In this document: positions 34,901 to 48,173 of the stretch, piece after piece
Numbering within the stretch: position 1 is the stretch's first letter
Layout: each line of letters starts with the position of its first letter
NCBI RefSeq assembly: GCF_000181795.1
Contig: NW_003526944.1
Span: forward strand, 1,657,045 to 1,721,044
From: Trichinella spiralis
Taxonomy: Eukaryota
Reading direction: 5' to 3'
Length of the DNA stretch: 64,000 nucleotides
The notes under the pieces: model-generated
Told to the model about the DNA's origin: nothing
Seen by the model: only the letters and a program-made list of their open reading frames with translations
The model's database searches: none
Position numbers and translations under genes: made by a program

Positions 34901-36450
34901 AGACGATACTGTCAATTATGTTCGTCAGGGTGCATTGATTGCAATGGCTATGGTACTGATGCAGCATAACGAATGCACCGCACCGAAAGTTTGTTATTTT
35001 ACTTTAATTATATATTACCGGATATTTTATTTGACGAAAATAACTTCAAATTAAGGTGAAAGATTTTCGTGAAAAACTGATGAAAATCATCGGCGATAAG
35101 CATGAAGATGTGATTTCAAAGTTTGGTGCAATCATTGCGCAGGGTCTTCTGGATGCAGGAGGTCGAAACGTTACCGTGAACCTTATTGGTCGCAATGAAA
35201 ATGTGTCGATGATAACGGCAATTGGTCTTCTTGTCTTTTTGCAAAGTTGGTATTGGTTTCCGTTGGCTCATTTCATCTCGTTGGCTCTGCAGCCGAGCTG
35301 TTTGATCGGTTTGAACAGTGATTTGAAGGTGTTGAAATTTTTTAATATGTATTACTTTTAATAATATGACCAGTTTATTGTATATTTTTATTCAGATGCC
35401 GAACATGACCTTCATATCGAATGCTAAACCGTCTACTTATGCTTATCCGCCTCCGATAGTTGAAAAGCAGGCCAAAAATCCTGAGAAGGTGGTTGCTGCA
35501 GTGTTGTCTTATACTCACAAATCAAGACGTCGAGACCGTGAGAAGCAAGCAAAACAGCAAGAACAAGAAGAAAAGATGGATGTGGTATTTAAAAGATGTT
35601 TCTTTTTTTTTTGATTTTAATTTCGATGCATACACGTCGAACGATCCACAGTATTGTGATTTTGTAATGAAAAATTGTAACTCAGGATGAGGCGGCAGTA
35701 AACAAAAACAAGGATAAGGATGTCCCTGACGCAGCGGCAACCGCTACTCAGGCGGCGCCTGCTATTCCCGTTGAAAGCAGTACACCAGCCGTGGAGAATG
35801 TTCCATCGGTGGATAACAAGGTTGCAGAAACTGCTGAACCGAAAGCTGCTGCTACCCCTGGTGATACTACTACTACGACTGCTGCTCCAGCTACTACCGA
35901 TACTGTTGCTACAACTACTTCTGCTGCAGCTGTTGGTACTGGTGATGCGGAAACGGAAAATAAGCCAGCAGTAGTTGAACCAGAACCAACATTTGACACT
36001 TTGAACAATCCAGCCAGAGTTACCAAACTGCAAGTATGTAGTTTATTATATTTTTTTTTTGGAAAATTTTTAATATTTTTTTTCGGACAATTTTACAGTT
36101 GAAAGTGATGACAATGCCTGATGACAGCAATTTTATACCAATTAAACCAATAACACATGGTGGTATTATCTTGATGAACGAGAAAAGTGCCGAAGTGGCA
36201 GTCGATTTTGTTGAAGTAGTTAAAGGTGAATGATGATGATGATGATGAAAAGTTCAACTACACTAAGCCGCTGTTGCAGAGTTATGCTGACATTTTTTTC
36301 TTTTCTTTTTTTTCAGCTAATGTGGCTCTTGGCGATGAAGAGGCGGAACCAACAGCACCGTCGCCGTTTGATTATTTCATAGAAAATGAATCAAATGGTC
36401 AAAATCAAGAACAAACTCAAACGGACACTACATCCGCCGCAACACAGTAG
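31906..36450 (+). CDS. rpn-2: 26S proteasome regulatory subunit RPN2/PSMD1, multi-exon
   Basis: MVDITTAGG start, [57 protein letters not shown] repeats, [49 protein letters not shown]. Confidence 0.97.
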
Positions 36451-37012
36451 TAGTAATGATCATAATAACAATAACAATACCAGTGGTATTTGGAGAATTG
36501 GTTTATATGAGCATTATTGGGTTTTTTAAACAAATGAAAAGATATAATATAATAAGTGGCGTATTCAGTATATCGATCGGTGTTTAAATAAAACGGTTAA
36601 AAGAAAAGTTTATGGTATGTGTGTATAACTTGTTGTTTAGATAGAATCAAGCAGTAAGAAGAGAAAAAGAAACTACAATATTGACAAAGGACAAAACTGT
36701 AGATAAAACAAAGGCCTTGTACAAAGGAAAAAAGAAGACCCGTTGTTTTGTAACATAAAAATTTGCAAATTGTTCTGTGCAATTTGCACGATGTTTGTTA
36801 ACTGCGTTTTGAGGAAAATAAAGGGGATGCTGATTACAATGTAGAACAAACGGGATTGTAAAGGTAAAAAAAACTGTAAAACGAGCGGAAAGCGAAACAA
36901 AAAAAACAGCGTTATTTTTAATAATTGAAAAAAATTATATACTTGTCAAAATGTTCAGTGGAAGAAGATTAACTAATTGCCTTTGTTGAGATTAATATAC
37001 TGCTTGTAATTT

Positions 37013-39427
37013 TCATCTTGATGATGATTCTTCAACGTCGGCCATCTCCAGGTCAACAATCAACGGTGAATCGAGCATTTCGTTTCTGGTGCTTGCCCCT
37101 CCGGCACTTGAGCTGCATGATTCAGAATCAATCGAACTTGTCGACAAGCTGTAATCGAAATTTGGAATAAATTGACTTCTGAAATTGAATGCAGAATCCA
37201 GTGGACTCTGCGATCGGAACATTGGCTTCTTTGTCGACGGTTGGTAATTTTCCAAACCTTAATTGATTTCATTTCAATTATTATTATTATTTCTTTTTAT
37301 CACACATATTATAATAATATACATACAACACATTGTATAAAGCTTACTTTTTCTTTTCAATCTAGGCGACTGGACCGCTATAGGACTGACACTTCTGAAA
37401 TTGAAGAATACAAAAATGAAAATTGTCATGCAAATGGATCAAATTTATACGTCGACAATTGAATACCTACCTCATTATGATCCCTTGTCTTGTCGGGCTT
37501 TCATTAGAACTGCCGGAAAAGACGACATTTCTTACAATTTGCTGCATCGATGGTGAATAACATTGCTAAACGCGAATAAGATGATTTGCATATTTATTCG
37601 CACAAAAACAGAAAACGAATGAAAAAGTTGCAAGTCATAAATATACCTTTTCTACTCGAGTAGGTGGAGAAGGAGAACAAGAAGATGGATACGAATTTGT
37701 GAATATGTGAACGGGTTCAGAAAATGATTTCGTTCTACCACGCGCTGATCCACTCGATTCCCCATCATTCTGAAATATGCGATACGTTTTTCAACTATTA
37801 GTTTGAAAAAAAAACTAATAATTCAGGTATAATTTTGTTTTTAAACAAAAACTTCTTTTTAATCTTCCGCATTCCAATAACATACCAAATCTAAAGCCGA
37901 CCAGCCGGCAGTAAGGTGAGAAGCGTCAACTAAAAATTTTTCACCAGCATAGTCGTCGGCAATGTGCACTTTAACGCACGCTTCCCGCTTCAATTCTTTC
38001 AAGCGTGGCATTATTTTTATAGGTTCAAAGAAAAAGTTACTCTGAAATTAGCAAATTTTACTGTATAAATTAATACCTGAGTTCTAGTAAAAGTACGTTA
38101 TTGAAATGATGTTTCAGAATGTTGCTTCCCTGTGGAAATGATGCTTCCTACTTCGTCAAAACAATATAGCTAATTGTTTTGTATGCAGTTATTATTTAAC
38201 AAGAAAATGCGAAATCTCAACTGCAGATGCATCTGTCGATGAGCCTAATTCAGTAATTACTTTTCTATAAAGTATTAATATTGGAAATAACAGCTTTTAT
38301 TGATCGAAACGAGCATTAATCTAATAAAGTGGAAAAATATACGAATACTTTTTTAAGTTTATTCATATTTTCACAATGCTCTGACTTAGCAATCATTATC
38401 GAATAATAATAGAAAGCAAAATGTCCAAATAAAATTTAAAAAATCTTAAACCCTAATATGAATGTTATGAGAATGAGATGCAAATTTTTTTATCCTCTTA
38501 TTATGACATTAAATCTAAATGTGATGTTGCACTTTAGAATTGTTTTCGCCTGAAGGACTGACAGACAAAAATGAATTGCACAAATGTGCATTTTTATGCG
38601 CTCGATTGATTTTCTAAAACGCTGTTGGTTAAGATGTTTGCTTTGGAAATCAAACAAACCAGATGAAAGTATTTCTATTCTCCATGCTAGAAGCTAAAAT
38701 GAACACATCTGCGACGATCTAATCATAACTATTTAAACAGGACGATGCCGGCAGAAATGAATCGTTGGAATGCAGCTTGTGCAAAGTATGCGACAAGCGC
38801 AAAGTGGTACGCCTTTGTTCATTTTCTGCCACTAAACTAAAAACGACGTCTAATCAAACTGGCAAAAGCATAGTTTGATAATTATGGAAAATTTCATAAA
38901 TGTACAATTGGCAAATAGATATGCCAACGTTGAGACAAGAAAAATACACCAAGAATGTTCTGAAAAAGCATCAGCTTTTGCGCGATCATTGCACAAATGC
39001 AAATTTGCAAAACAGCAAAATTGATCACAGTATAGATTTGTAGAATGGAATGGAAATTTAAAAGAAAACAAAGAAAAATACTTACAGAAGATGTATTTTC
39101 CGTGAATGAGCCGCTTCTGCACCGATTTCTCGGTTGCGGTTTCATATAAGCATCCGTATTGCTCATCGAAGGAAATTCGTTTAAACTTTGCGTTGACCGT
39201 GACATTTCGGCTGATTTGTAAAATGATGTACCAGGGGCTGAAGAAATGCAAACCCCAGATGAAGACAGCCCCGGAACCCGCGTCGATGATCCCATATTGA
39301 AGTCATAGTTTCCAGGCAGACTGCGTGGTCGTGACATTTCACAATCGTCAGAAGATTTTCCACGACCAATTCTCGATTGATTGTCGCAGTCAATAAGATC
39401 GTCCATGCCGAAAGCTTCCGCTTGCAT
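37013..39427 (-). CDS. FAM122/PABIR family protein (PP2A-B55 inhibitor-like), 6 exons
   Basis: Exons 39427-39086, 38041-37886, 37769-37648, 37565-37471, 37394-37348 and 37257-37013 join in frame. They give PRLKELKREA..SHLTAGWSALDL..SPSPPTRVEKQCYSPSMQ..SPTR..RSVSPI..LKRK..YQP, collinear with the FAM122 motifs RLHQIKQEE, SPTRG.GKQCFSPSLQ, RRSQSPI and LKRK. Confidence 0.75.
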
Positions 39428-40439
39428 TTCGTACAACTAATACGCAGTTATCTATTTATCAACTACGCAACAGAGCAACCAACTTGTTTTCACCAAGCGA
39501 ACAGCCGTTGACAAAATTTTTTAATCAAAATCTAACCTGCATTACACACAGTATGTTTTACAGCTGCTTTGTTGAATACTGTACATGATATTACTTTTGA
39601 ATATGGCATAAAAAATGACGAAAATTATTATAAATAGAATATACAATTTAAATTTTAAATAAATATTAATTTTTAATAAAAAAATAATTTTTTTATAATG
39701 AATAATTCATGAATTTTCAAAACCAAATTTTCTTATGTTGTAATTTCAAAATGTGTTATTTCTTAAAATGTATAATGTAGAAAAAAACATTCGAAACATT
39801 TTTCTAAACGTATTTATTTTTTATTAAAAAATTTTTTATTTCATTTTTTACAATAATTAGTACAGTACTTTTACTTTGTTAAAAAATAGAAAAATAATGA
39901 CTGGAAAAATATTATTTAAGAAATATATTTCAAAAAAATAAAAATTAATAATAAAAGTAATAGTAATAAATGAGCAAAACAATTTATGTTTGAAAAAGAC
40001 TGTTAAATTTATACTGATTGTCATTTTTTTAATTTTAGGATAAAACAAGTGTATTTATTTACTTTAAATTTATTTTTATTTACATTAAAAAAGTAATAAA
40101 GTAAATTTTTTCTATTATTTGCGATTATGATTAAATTATCTCAGTTCTTTAAATTGCAACATCACAGTATGATATACACGGTTGACCTAATTGTATGTGA
40201 ACTTGATTTTCCTGTAAACCGCCTTTGTAATTTAAAGTTTCGTGAAATTTGTTATTTTAATGTAAAAATGAACCCTTTAAAGCTTCGTTGTTGTTTAGTG
40301 TTCAGTGTCAGCGCTGAATTGCCTGGTGTTTTTGTTCTTTAAAATAGGTTCGTAACTTTGATTGCTTGCTTTTCGTTTAATTTTTTTCAAATATTTGAAA
40401 AAAATATTTTATGTTTAGAAAAGTTTATACTGAAGTAGT

Positions 40440-43281
40440 ATGCCTTCAAATTCGTTCGAAGAAGAATTTTGCAAACTATCTTTAAACTCTACCGCAGTTT
40501 CAGAATCTTCGAGAGCAAGCGAATTGTTTTCAATTAATGAACTAGAGATGTATGTTTTACCTATTATATGTATTATTATTATTATTATTATTGTTATTAT
40601 TATTTAGTTGTGATAAGTTTCATAACTTAACAAGAAGAAAATCATTTTCCCAGCAAAGTGAGCTGAGCATTTCTTCTCGAAGTATTTCATCGGTGTCTTC
40701 CACTGGAATTCTTACTGTTGATAAAGAATACAGCGGTAAAAATTGCAACATTGTTCGTGCAACATTTTGTAGTGAATTGTTCAAAATGAATTTAGGCTTG
40801 TTAGCCAACGTGGAAACTGCTCATCAAAAACTCTCACAGTTGGCTGAAAAGCAAGCAGCGTTGGGAAAACAAGCCAAGCGTCTCGAGAAGTGCACTAATC
40901 AGTATGCAAATTTATTAAGCGCGGCTCGTGCGGCGTCAGAAATTTCAGGTTATCACTTGTGATTTCATTCACCTGTTTAATAATAACAATAATAATCATA
41001 ATACATTTTGGATTCTTTTTTTTAGCTCCTGTTGGAAAATTTCCACCACCTCCGAGTTCGTCGTCTTCAAAAGTTTCTAGTGTTGAAGCTATTCGTGATG
41101 TTCGAATGAGCAGAAATGCTTTTTTGAAAGAAATTGCTTACACTGAAGCGGATTTGCCAACTCCAGTATTGAAAGATGTCGCCCGGCCGCAGCTTCTGTT
41201 CAACAACGACGATGCAAATTTACTACCGGAGGCCACTCCTTTGGAGGAGGATCTTGTATCCACGTCGAGCAGCACTCGAAGCAGCCTTAGAGTTTCCCTT
41301 CGTTTGAATGAATCTCAACAGGCGAACTTGGATGCATTGAAGGCATCGTTTCGGTCGGTTTCAAAGCGCATCTCTGGCTTTTCTCAGCACGATAAGGAAA
41401 AAATTTCCCCTTCAAATTCATCCTCAAAACGTACTCACTCTGAAACGCCCATCAAAAACATTGGAAAAATGGTACGTTTTTGGAAATTTTAATATTTGAT
41501 TTTCATACATTTGTTTATTTTGCCCTTTGTCTTGTTTCTTAAGTATACAAAAGATGCTAGACAATCTTCCATTTTTGATTTTCACTCTGATAAAGAAGTG
41601 GATAAACATTCTCATGTTCAAAATTGGGTAGGTTGATTTATTTTACTTGCTGTATTAGTTAATACTCAAAGTGTTGCAATTATTTAGGTTAGTCGCCAAA
41701 ATGTCACCAAATCGGCTTCTTTTCACTCACTTAATGCATCAATTATTATTGAACCACAGCAGCAACAGTTGAAACATCAGGTATTGTATAAAGAATATAA
41801 TTTTATAATTAAGCAAAACAAGTCGAACTATATGGCAGTTAACATATGCATGTTGTGTATATATATATGCGTGTATGTATAGGATGTAACAGTTGATAAG
41901 AAGACGAAGAGTAGAATGGAGGAGGAGAAATGTGATGTAGTGATGCAAAATAATTTTCCTCAGAAATCAAAGGTTGCCTTATTTCCCTGTAATTTGTCTC
42001 CAATTCCACGTGTACAGGTAAAAACAGTTTGTTGAAGTGAAAATTTCCTTCATCTTGATCTTTACTTGGAATCTGTTCTGTTGGTTTGCAGAAATCTGTT
42101 GTCAAAGAGAAGCAACGTTCACTGGCTGAACAGAAGAATGTTTTGTTCAATTCTTTCCAAGCGCTTGTCCACAACGATCCAAACGACAAGCTAAACGAAT
42201 CTTCTCAACGTTCAGCTTCGGTCAAATCATCCCAAGTAAGCTTTCTTGGGATTCTTTTCTGTTATGGATTTTTTTTACAATTTTTTCATCTTTTCAGAAA
42301 ACCGAAATATGTTTCATCGATGAATACGTTGAACGTGAACTACCTGATGTGAAAGTGGTTTCGAATTTTTCTGTTAAACAACGCAAAAGTGTCACACCGA
42401 AGAACGACCATACTGTAGCGTCGATTCGATTCCCTTCAAAGCTCCCATTTTTGCCTTGCAAAGTTGGTTGTTTGTTTTTTTTCAAATCACGAAGTTTATG
42501 CAAATTATTTCGTCTGATTTTAATTTGTGTATGTGAGTGTTTGTTTTTCTTTTCAAGACATCCAATAGTCACAGTTTCTACGCGAATGTGCAAGAATTGT
42601 TGCAAACTATCAAATTGAACGCTCCGTCGTTGTATCAATCTTGTATTCGTTCAAAAATTCCACTGGAAAAGGAAAAATTTATTCCAAAATTTGTTGAACA
42701 TTTGAAAGAAAAAATCGACTCGCTTTGTTCTGAAATATGCGCCGATTTGAGGTTTGTGTAAAAAGAATAATTTTATTATTATAATTTTTCTTTTGAATTT
42801 CAAATTATTCTGCGCAGAATGTTTGACAAAATTGAAGAAGAATTATCCGACTGTGTCGATGAAGATCGACGACAAGAACTCATTGTTAGGCGTGCCCAGT
42901 TTGCCAAAAGCATTGCAAATACCGACGCAGAGATACGGTTCATGAGAAATCATTTGGAAAAGGTATTTGAATTGAAATATTTAAATTTTGTTTTGTTTGA
43001 ATTTTGTTGTTGGTGTTAATTGTTTGTTTGTTTCTCATTTACAGCTAGAAAAGGATTGCAACGGGAAGAAAGAATTTCGCAGTCGGTCAGTTTCTCCACT
43101 CCATTCCAAAGAATATTTGTTGAATCACATTTATCAGCCTACTGTATCGAGCTTGAACAAAGCGCGTCCTTTGCATCACAGTGCCTACCGCCCACGTGGA
43201 AATGTTTGTCAAACTAGAGATACACTGCGTGATATCAAAGCTATACAAGACATAATCAAAGGGAAGTTTAACTGTTGTTAA
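40440..43281 (+). CDS. Hypothetical multi-exon protein (about 11 exons; Ser-rich with coiled-coil segments)
   Basis: ATG at 40440; coding-like blocks separated by 50-150 nt GT-AG introns (e.g. 40440-40549, 40608-40948, 41026-41471, 42092-42235, 42558-42751, 42818-42963, 43045-43281). No family recognised; internal boundaries are approximate. Confidence 0.7.
40562..40604 (+). repeat. (TAT)n microsatellite filling most of a small intron
   Basis: tattattattattattattattgttattattattt immediately before the AG acceptor at 40607. Confidence 0.7.
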
Positions 43282-43555
43282 CTGTTTTTATTGGTCTTTT
43301 TTTTTATTTTGCTCTGTTCTACCTACATTTTCTGACAATGTTAACTTTAATTTGTTGTTGATTAATTTAATTGCATCGATGAAAAGGAATTAATATTAAA
43401 TAATAATAATAATGTTTATTTTTTTTAAAGTTTATCATATTATTATTGCACAGACGTGTTCAAATTTTAAATTTTTAACAAATGTAAGACCACAAACTGT
43501 TCATTTACCAAGAAAACCAGTTTGGCAAATAGTAAGTTAGAAATGAATTTGAATT

Positions 43556-46104
43556 TCATTTTTTGTAATATCCTGATTTAGATGAAAACTTTGAACGCAA
43601 CAGTCGTATCATAAAATACAGCAAAACAGCAATCGAGGAGCATATTATCCAGACAATCAGGCACAGGCTTATTTGATTCCAATCCAACCAACCGTTTTTG
43701 TCTTGCCTGTATTCGACTGCGGCGTTATCATTCCAGAACCGTTGAAATTTTGGATGAATCTCTTTCAACTCTTTGTCGTTGGAATTCATTTTCAGTTCGG
43801 AGTAAAATTTGACCAAAAATTCCAACACTTCCCCATTATTCCAAGATTGTTCATCAGAGCCACACTTGGGACACAGTGAATTTGGTGGAAATTGTTGCTT
43901 GGGATGTGTCGGATCTTCGCTGGGCTTGCCTGAATAAAATGACAAACAAATCATGCACATTGAAAAAGTGGACAATCTATGAGAAAGAGAGAGACGGAGC
44001 AGTTGAACCTTTCAGAAAATAATTAGCACGATTATGAGAACGCCACAGCCAAAGCACAACATCTTCGGCATTTTCGACGTTTTCGTCAATTTTTGCCGCT
44101 CCTTTTCCAAAATTTGTGGCACATTCTTCGCAGCCGAAAAATTCCCTCACGTAACCGGCAATATGCTTGAGCACAATTTTCGGATCAAAATTATTCTCTA
44201 CAACAATTCCCAGTTCAGTAGAAAAACTCATCCGCTAATTACCGTAATCAATCACTTTTCCCGTCCATTTTGTAAGCATTCACAGTGACAGTATGGAAAA
44301 GCATCCACAAACCGCACGGATAGCCACGATATTCAGAACTGCTGCCTTTACATGTTACCCAGTTTATCGCTGATGGAAAATTTTCCCCCTGAAAAAAAAG
44401 AAGGTAAGCGAAATAGCATTTATTTTACTTTATTTCTGTATTAATTTATTATATACCTTGACCATTTGCAATTGATGGGAAAAATCCTTTGACAACACTT
44501 GTTCTTGGTCAGAAAACCACTGAACAAGTTGATCAAGCACTTTGCTTACAGTCTTCATTTCGGGAGGCAAGTACTGCAATTGCAACATTATCAATCAATG
44601 ATATCAACAATCAATCAAATAGATTTTCAAATTTACTTTCGCAGTTGTGCTCAAGAAGTTCTTCAACGCTGTTAATTTTTCACCTGTGATAACTTTTCTC
44701 ATCGGGATTTCATGTTCTAGCATGTAGCTGAGCGCAGATTTCAAATCGCTCAAATGTAGCTGTTCTTTAGGAGCGACAAAATTATCATTATTCACTCTGA
44801 AAAAGAATTAATTTAATTTTCAAAAATGCATTTTCATAATCTCTTTCTTCTTCTCTTTACTTCTTCTTTTCATCCTTCTTTGTGTCTTCAATTTTCTTTG
44901 TCAAATCAACTGAACAATACACTCTGACAATTTCACGCATCATATTCAAATTTAAGGGTTTACTAAAAATGATTATATTTTTTTTCAAAACAAAAGACAA
45001 AACGATTAAACAATTTATAATGATTTACGGTGATTCGTAGATGCTTTGGTATTCTTTGCGCTTGAATATTGCCAAAGTAGGAACATTCAACTGTTGTTGT
45101 TTAGCATACTGATGCTGAGGTGTTGCCAAACGAACGAGAATATTTTTATATTTCATCGAATCCAATACTAGCTGTTCTCCAAGAAATTCTTTTGATTCAG
45201 GACTTTGGAAGACAATTACAACGTTGTTCAATTCTTCTTCATTTTCAAATAATGATTCACTGCCAGTATTTCTAATAGAAAGTATTCAAAGATAATACTT
45301 TGGATAAGTTAGTTGATCTAGATTAAATTTTACTCTTCAATGTAATTCAAATTTGGCCATTCACTGTGCTGTTTCTCTTTATACTCTTTCACAATGAGTT
45401 CCGTTAACTTTGTGAGCAACTGATCAGTCGTTCTCGGATGATCTTCAATGAATACTCCATCGTTTGCAGAAGAGCTTTTCACTGGAAAGTACTTAAACAA
45501 AAAAACGGAATAAACATTATTACAAAAATATCTATCAGAATATATATCTTATTTTTCTTTGTTATAAGGAGAGGTCAAATAGCCGATTATACTTTTGATT
45601 TTTCGACAATAGTTATATTTTCAGCTTGTATTGAAAACAAAATGAGAATACATTACAACAGTTCAATTTACCTTCAACGATGGAAATAGTTCTATTGAAT
45701 GATCCGTACAAAGATCATCGTTGTCATCATCAGCACAGTCAAGGGCAGCAAATTTGACCACACGTGACCAATCTGTTTAGAAAAAGAAAAGGAAACCAAA
45801 ATGGACATTTAATATTTACTTGATCAACAAACAGTATAGAAAATTTGCTACACTTGCCTGCCGTTTGCTGTGCAAATTCTTTATATGTAGGCGCAAAGCT
45901 GATACAATGTCCACACCATCTGTTGTAATAAAGTACAATATAAAGAACAGGTTGATTGTAGATAATTTTGTCGAAATTTGTTTGGCCGAGAATATCAACT
46001 TGATCTTCTTCTGTGAACAAGCCTCTATCTGGTACTTTGGCTACATTTCTACTTTGAGCTAATGGTAAAGTTAGTAGTAAAAATGACACAAAAAGTTTAT
46101 CCAT
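43556..46104 (-). CDS. QSOX: Quiescin sulfhydryl oxidase (thioredoxin + ERV/ALR domains, C-terminal TM)
   Basis: Signal peptide [71 protein letters not shown]...CPKC, then a TM helix and basic tail. Confidence 0.95.
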
Positions 46105-48173
46105 GGCGCAAAAAAACAAGATACAGGCGTGTGTGTATATCGACGAAATTCAGTTCTGCTGATGTCTTCTAGTGTTTCGACTGAAAATTTTCATTTCAAC
46201 ATAAAAATGATGCTTATGGTGTAAATATTACAAATATTACACGTCAAGTAATATTTACGTACTGAAACAGTAAAATAATATGGTACATTCACTTGTTTAA
46301 TCAACTGTGATTTTGGTTTACGGTAGTATTGCAGGTAAAATAAATAATTATCAGGCACAATTGTTTTTACCAATTGTTATGAATTTTTTGAGATGGTGTA
46401 AATATTTTTCATTGATGAAATAATTTTATAAATAGAAAATAGTAAATAACTGTTATGATTATAGAAATATTTTTGTTTAAAGTATTAACTTTTTGGAGAT
46501 AAGTTTTAGTATTTATAGTTTTAGATCATTATGTATTTGGAGCTTTTTGACGGTTGAAGTGAAAAAAGATTTTTTTGTTTGAAATTTAATGAAGAAAATT
46601 ATTTTCATTAAATAGGAATTAGGACTTGGGAAGGAAAAATGTGATGTCAGCCAGTCGAATGCGGTCATTGGAAATATCGTTCGTGCATTTTCATGTATTA
46701 TAATATTGTGCTTTCTTTTTCTTCCTCTTCTTCTCAGTGGAAATTAGATCAAACATGGAAAACCATTAAAGCATCATGTTTTTTTTGCATGTAGTTTTTT
46801 TCTTGAAAAAATATTCAACTCGTGCATTGGATCGAGTGGAATTGTCGGCAAATTTCCCTTTCTTTGCAACCCACATTGACTCTTTTTATTTGCAATTTCA
46901 TCATTTGGAACACGTATGCTATTATTGTTGACAATCTTCTCTGCAAACACAAATTTTGACGTGTAATTTGTTAACAATACTCTTTCTCTCTTTCTCTATT
47001 CACTGTGTCAAAATTATTCTCTTTTAAACTATTATCAACTCTACTGTTCCAATTGAATAAAATTCTACGTTCGAATTTTGTATTTTTATCATTGCACATT
47101 TATGATTATCAGTTTATTTTTTCTCTATATTTTTCTCTATCAAATCACTTGTGGTCAAACGTTCACTGTTTTCTAATACAAATGTAGAATTGTCTCTTTG
47201 TACTTGTTGGCATTCTAATTTCAAATAAATTCAATTTGAATTTCTTACTGTAAGTCTGGTTTTCGAGTGTCAACAACCGATTACTACAACTCGCATTATG
47301 GTAATACCTTTTTTCTGCTTTTCGATTATCTGAGTTTGTTGAAACGACAACAACAACAACAACGGAAATTTACTTTCACGTGTTAAATTAACACAATCGT
47401 CTTGTAGTGGTGAAATGATGTCATGTTTATTGCTTGGATATGTGATTTATTTGGGCAACTGGGGCGTTCTCATTTTTCTGGTCATTTGTTTCTTTCCGTT
47501 CGGTTTATTACCAACAACTTCAGATATTGATGAGCTAATAATTATGTAAAAATAATCATTCTTACTGGTGGATTTTTATTTTTGAAAATTATTTGTAGAA
47601 ATAATAAACTGAACAGTGTTTCAGTTCATTGAAAAATGGTAATAGTGAAAAATCATCATTGATGGTATTTGGAAAAATTGAAGAAGAAAAAAAAAGCAAC
47701 AACTTCAATTGAAGTCCATTTGTAAATGTGATTTTTCTCTCTCTCTTTCTGTGTGTGTAAGTATATAAAAAGTAAAAAAAAATATTTTTTTTAAATTTAT
47801 TTGAATGGCAGTTTGGGAAAATTGCATTTTCTAGTGATGAGTTATATTGTGTGACAGTTTTTTGAACTGTGCTACCAGTAGTGCACTTCCGGGAACGGAG
47901 ATTGTGTCCAACTGGCGCCACCTACCGGACGATGGTCCGGTTTACGCACGGGCTTGGCGTCCCAGTTGCCTGCCGGGGGCTTGCATCCTGTTGCTAGTGT
48001 GTTTATTTTTGACTGGGCTGAAACGTCGTCGTCGTCGTTGATTCTCTTCCGGCGTTTCTCTTAATTACCGGTGCCATTTTTGTTTGTCGGCTCGATGGTG
48101 CATCGTCATCATCACGGATATTGATCACAAATCACAAACCAATAGTCATTATTATTAGTTTTTTTTTCCCAAA

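Noticed and set aside
35617..36033. Ser-, Val- and Leu-rich ORFs in other frames and on the other strand
   Set aside because: Shadows of the GCT/ACT-rich RPN2 insertion.
38720..38835. GC-richer block inside FAM122-like intron 1 that looks like a cassette exon
   Set aside because: The phase-compatible frames from the visible acceptors hit stop codons, and exon 1 joins exon 2 in frame without it.
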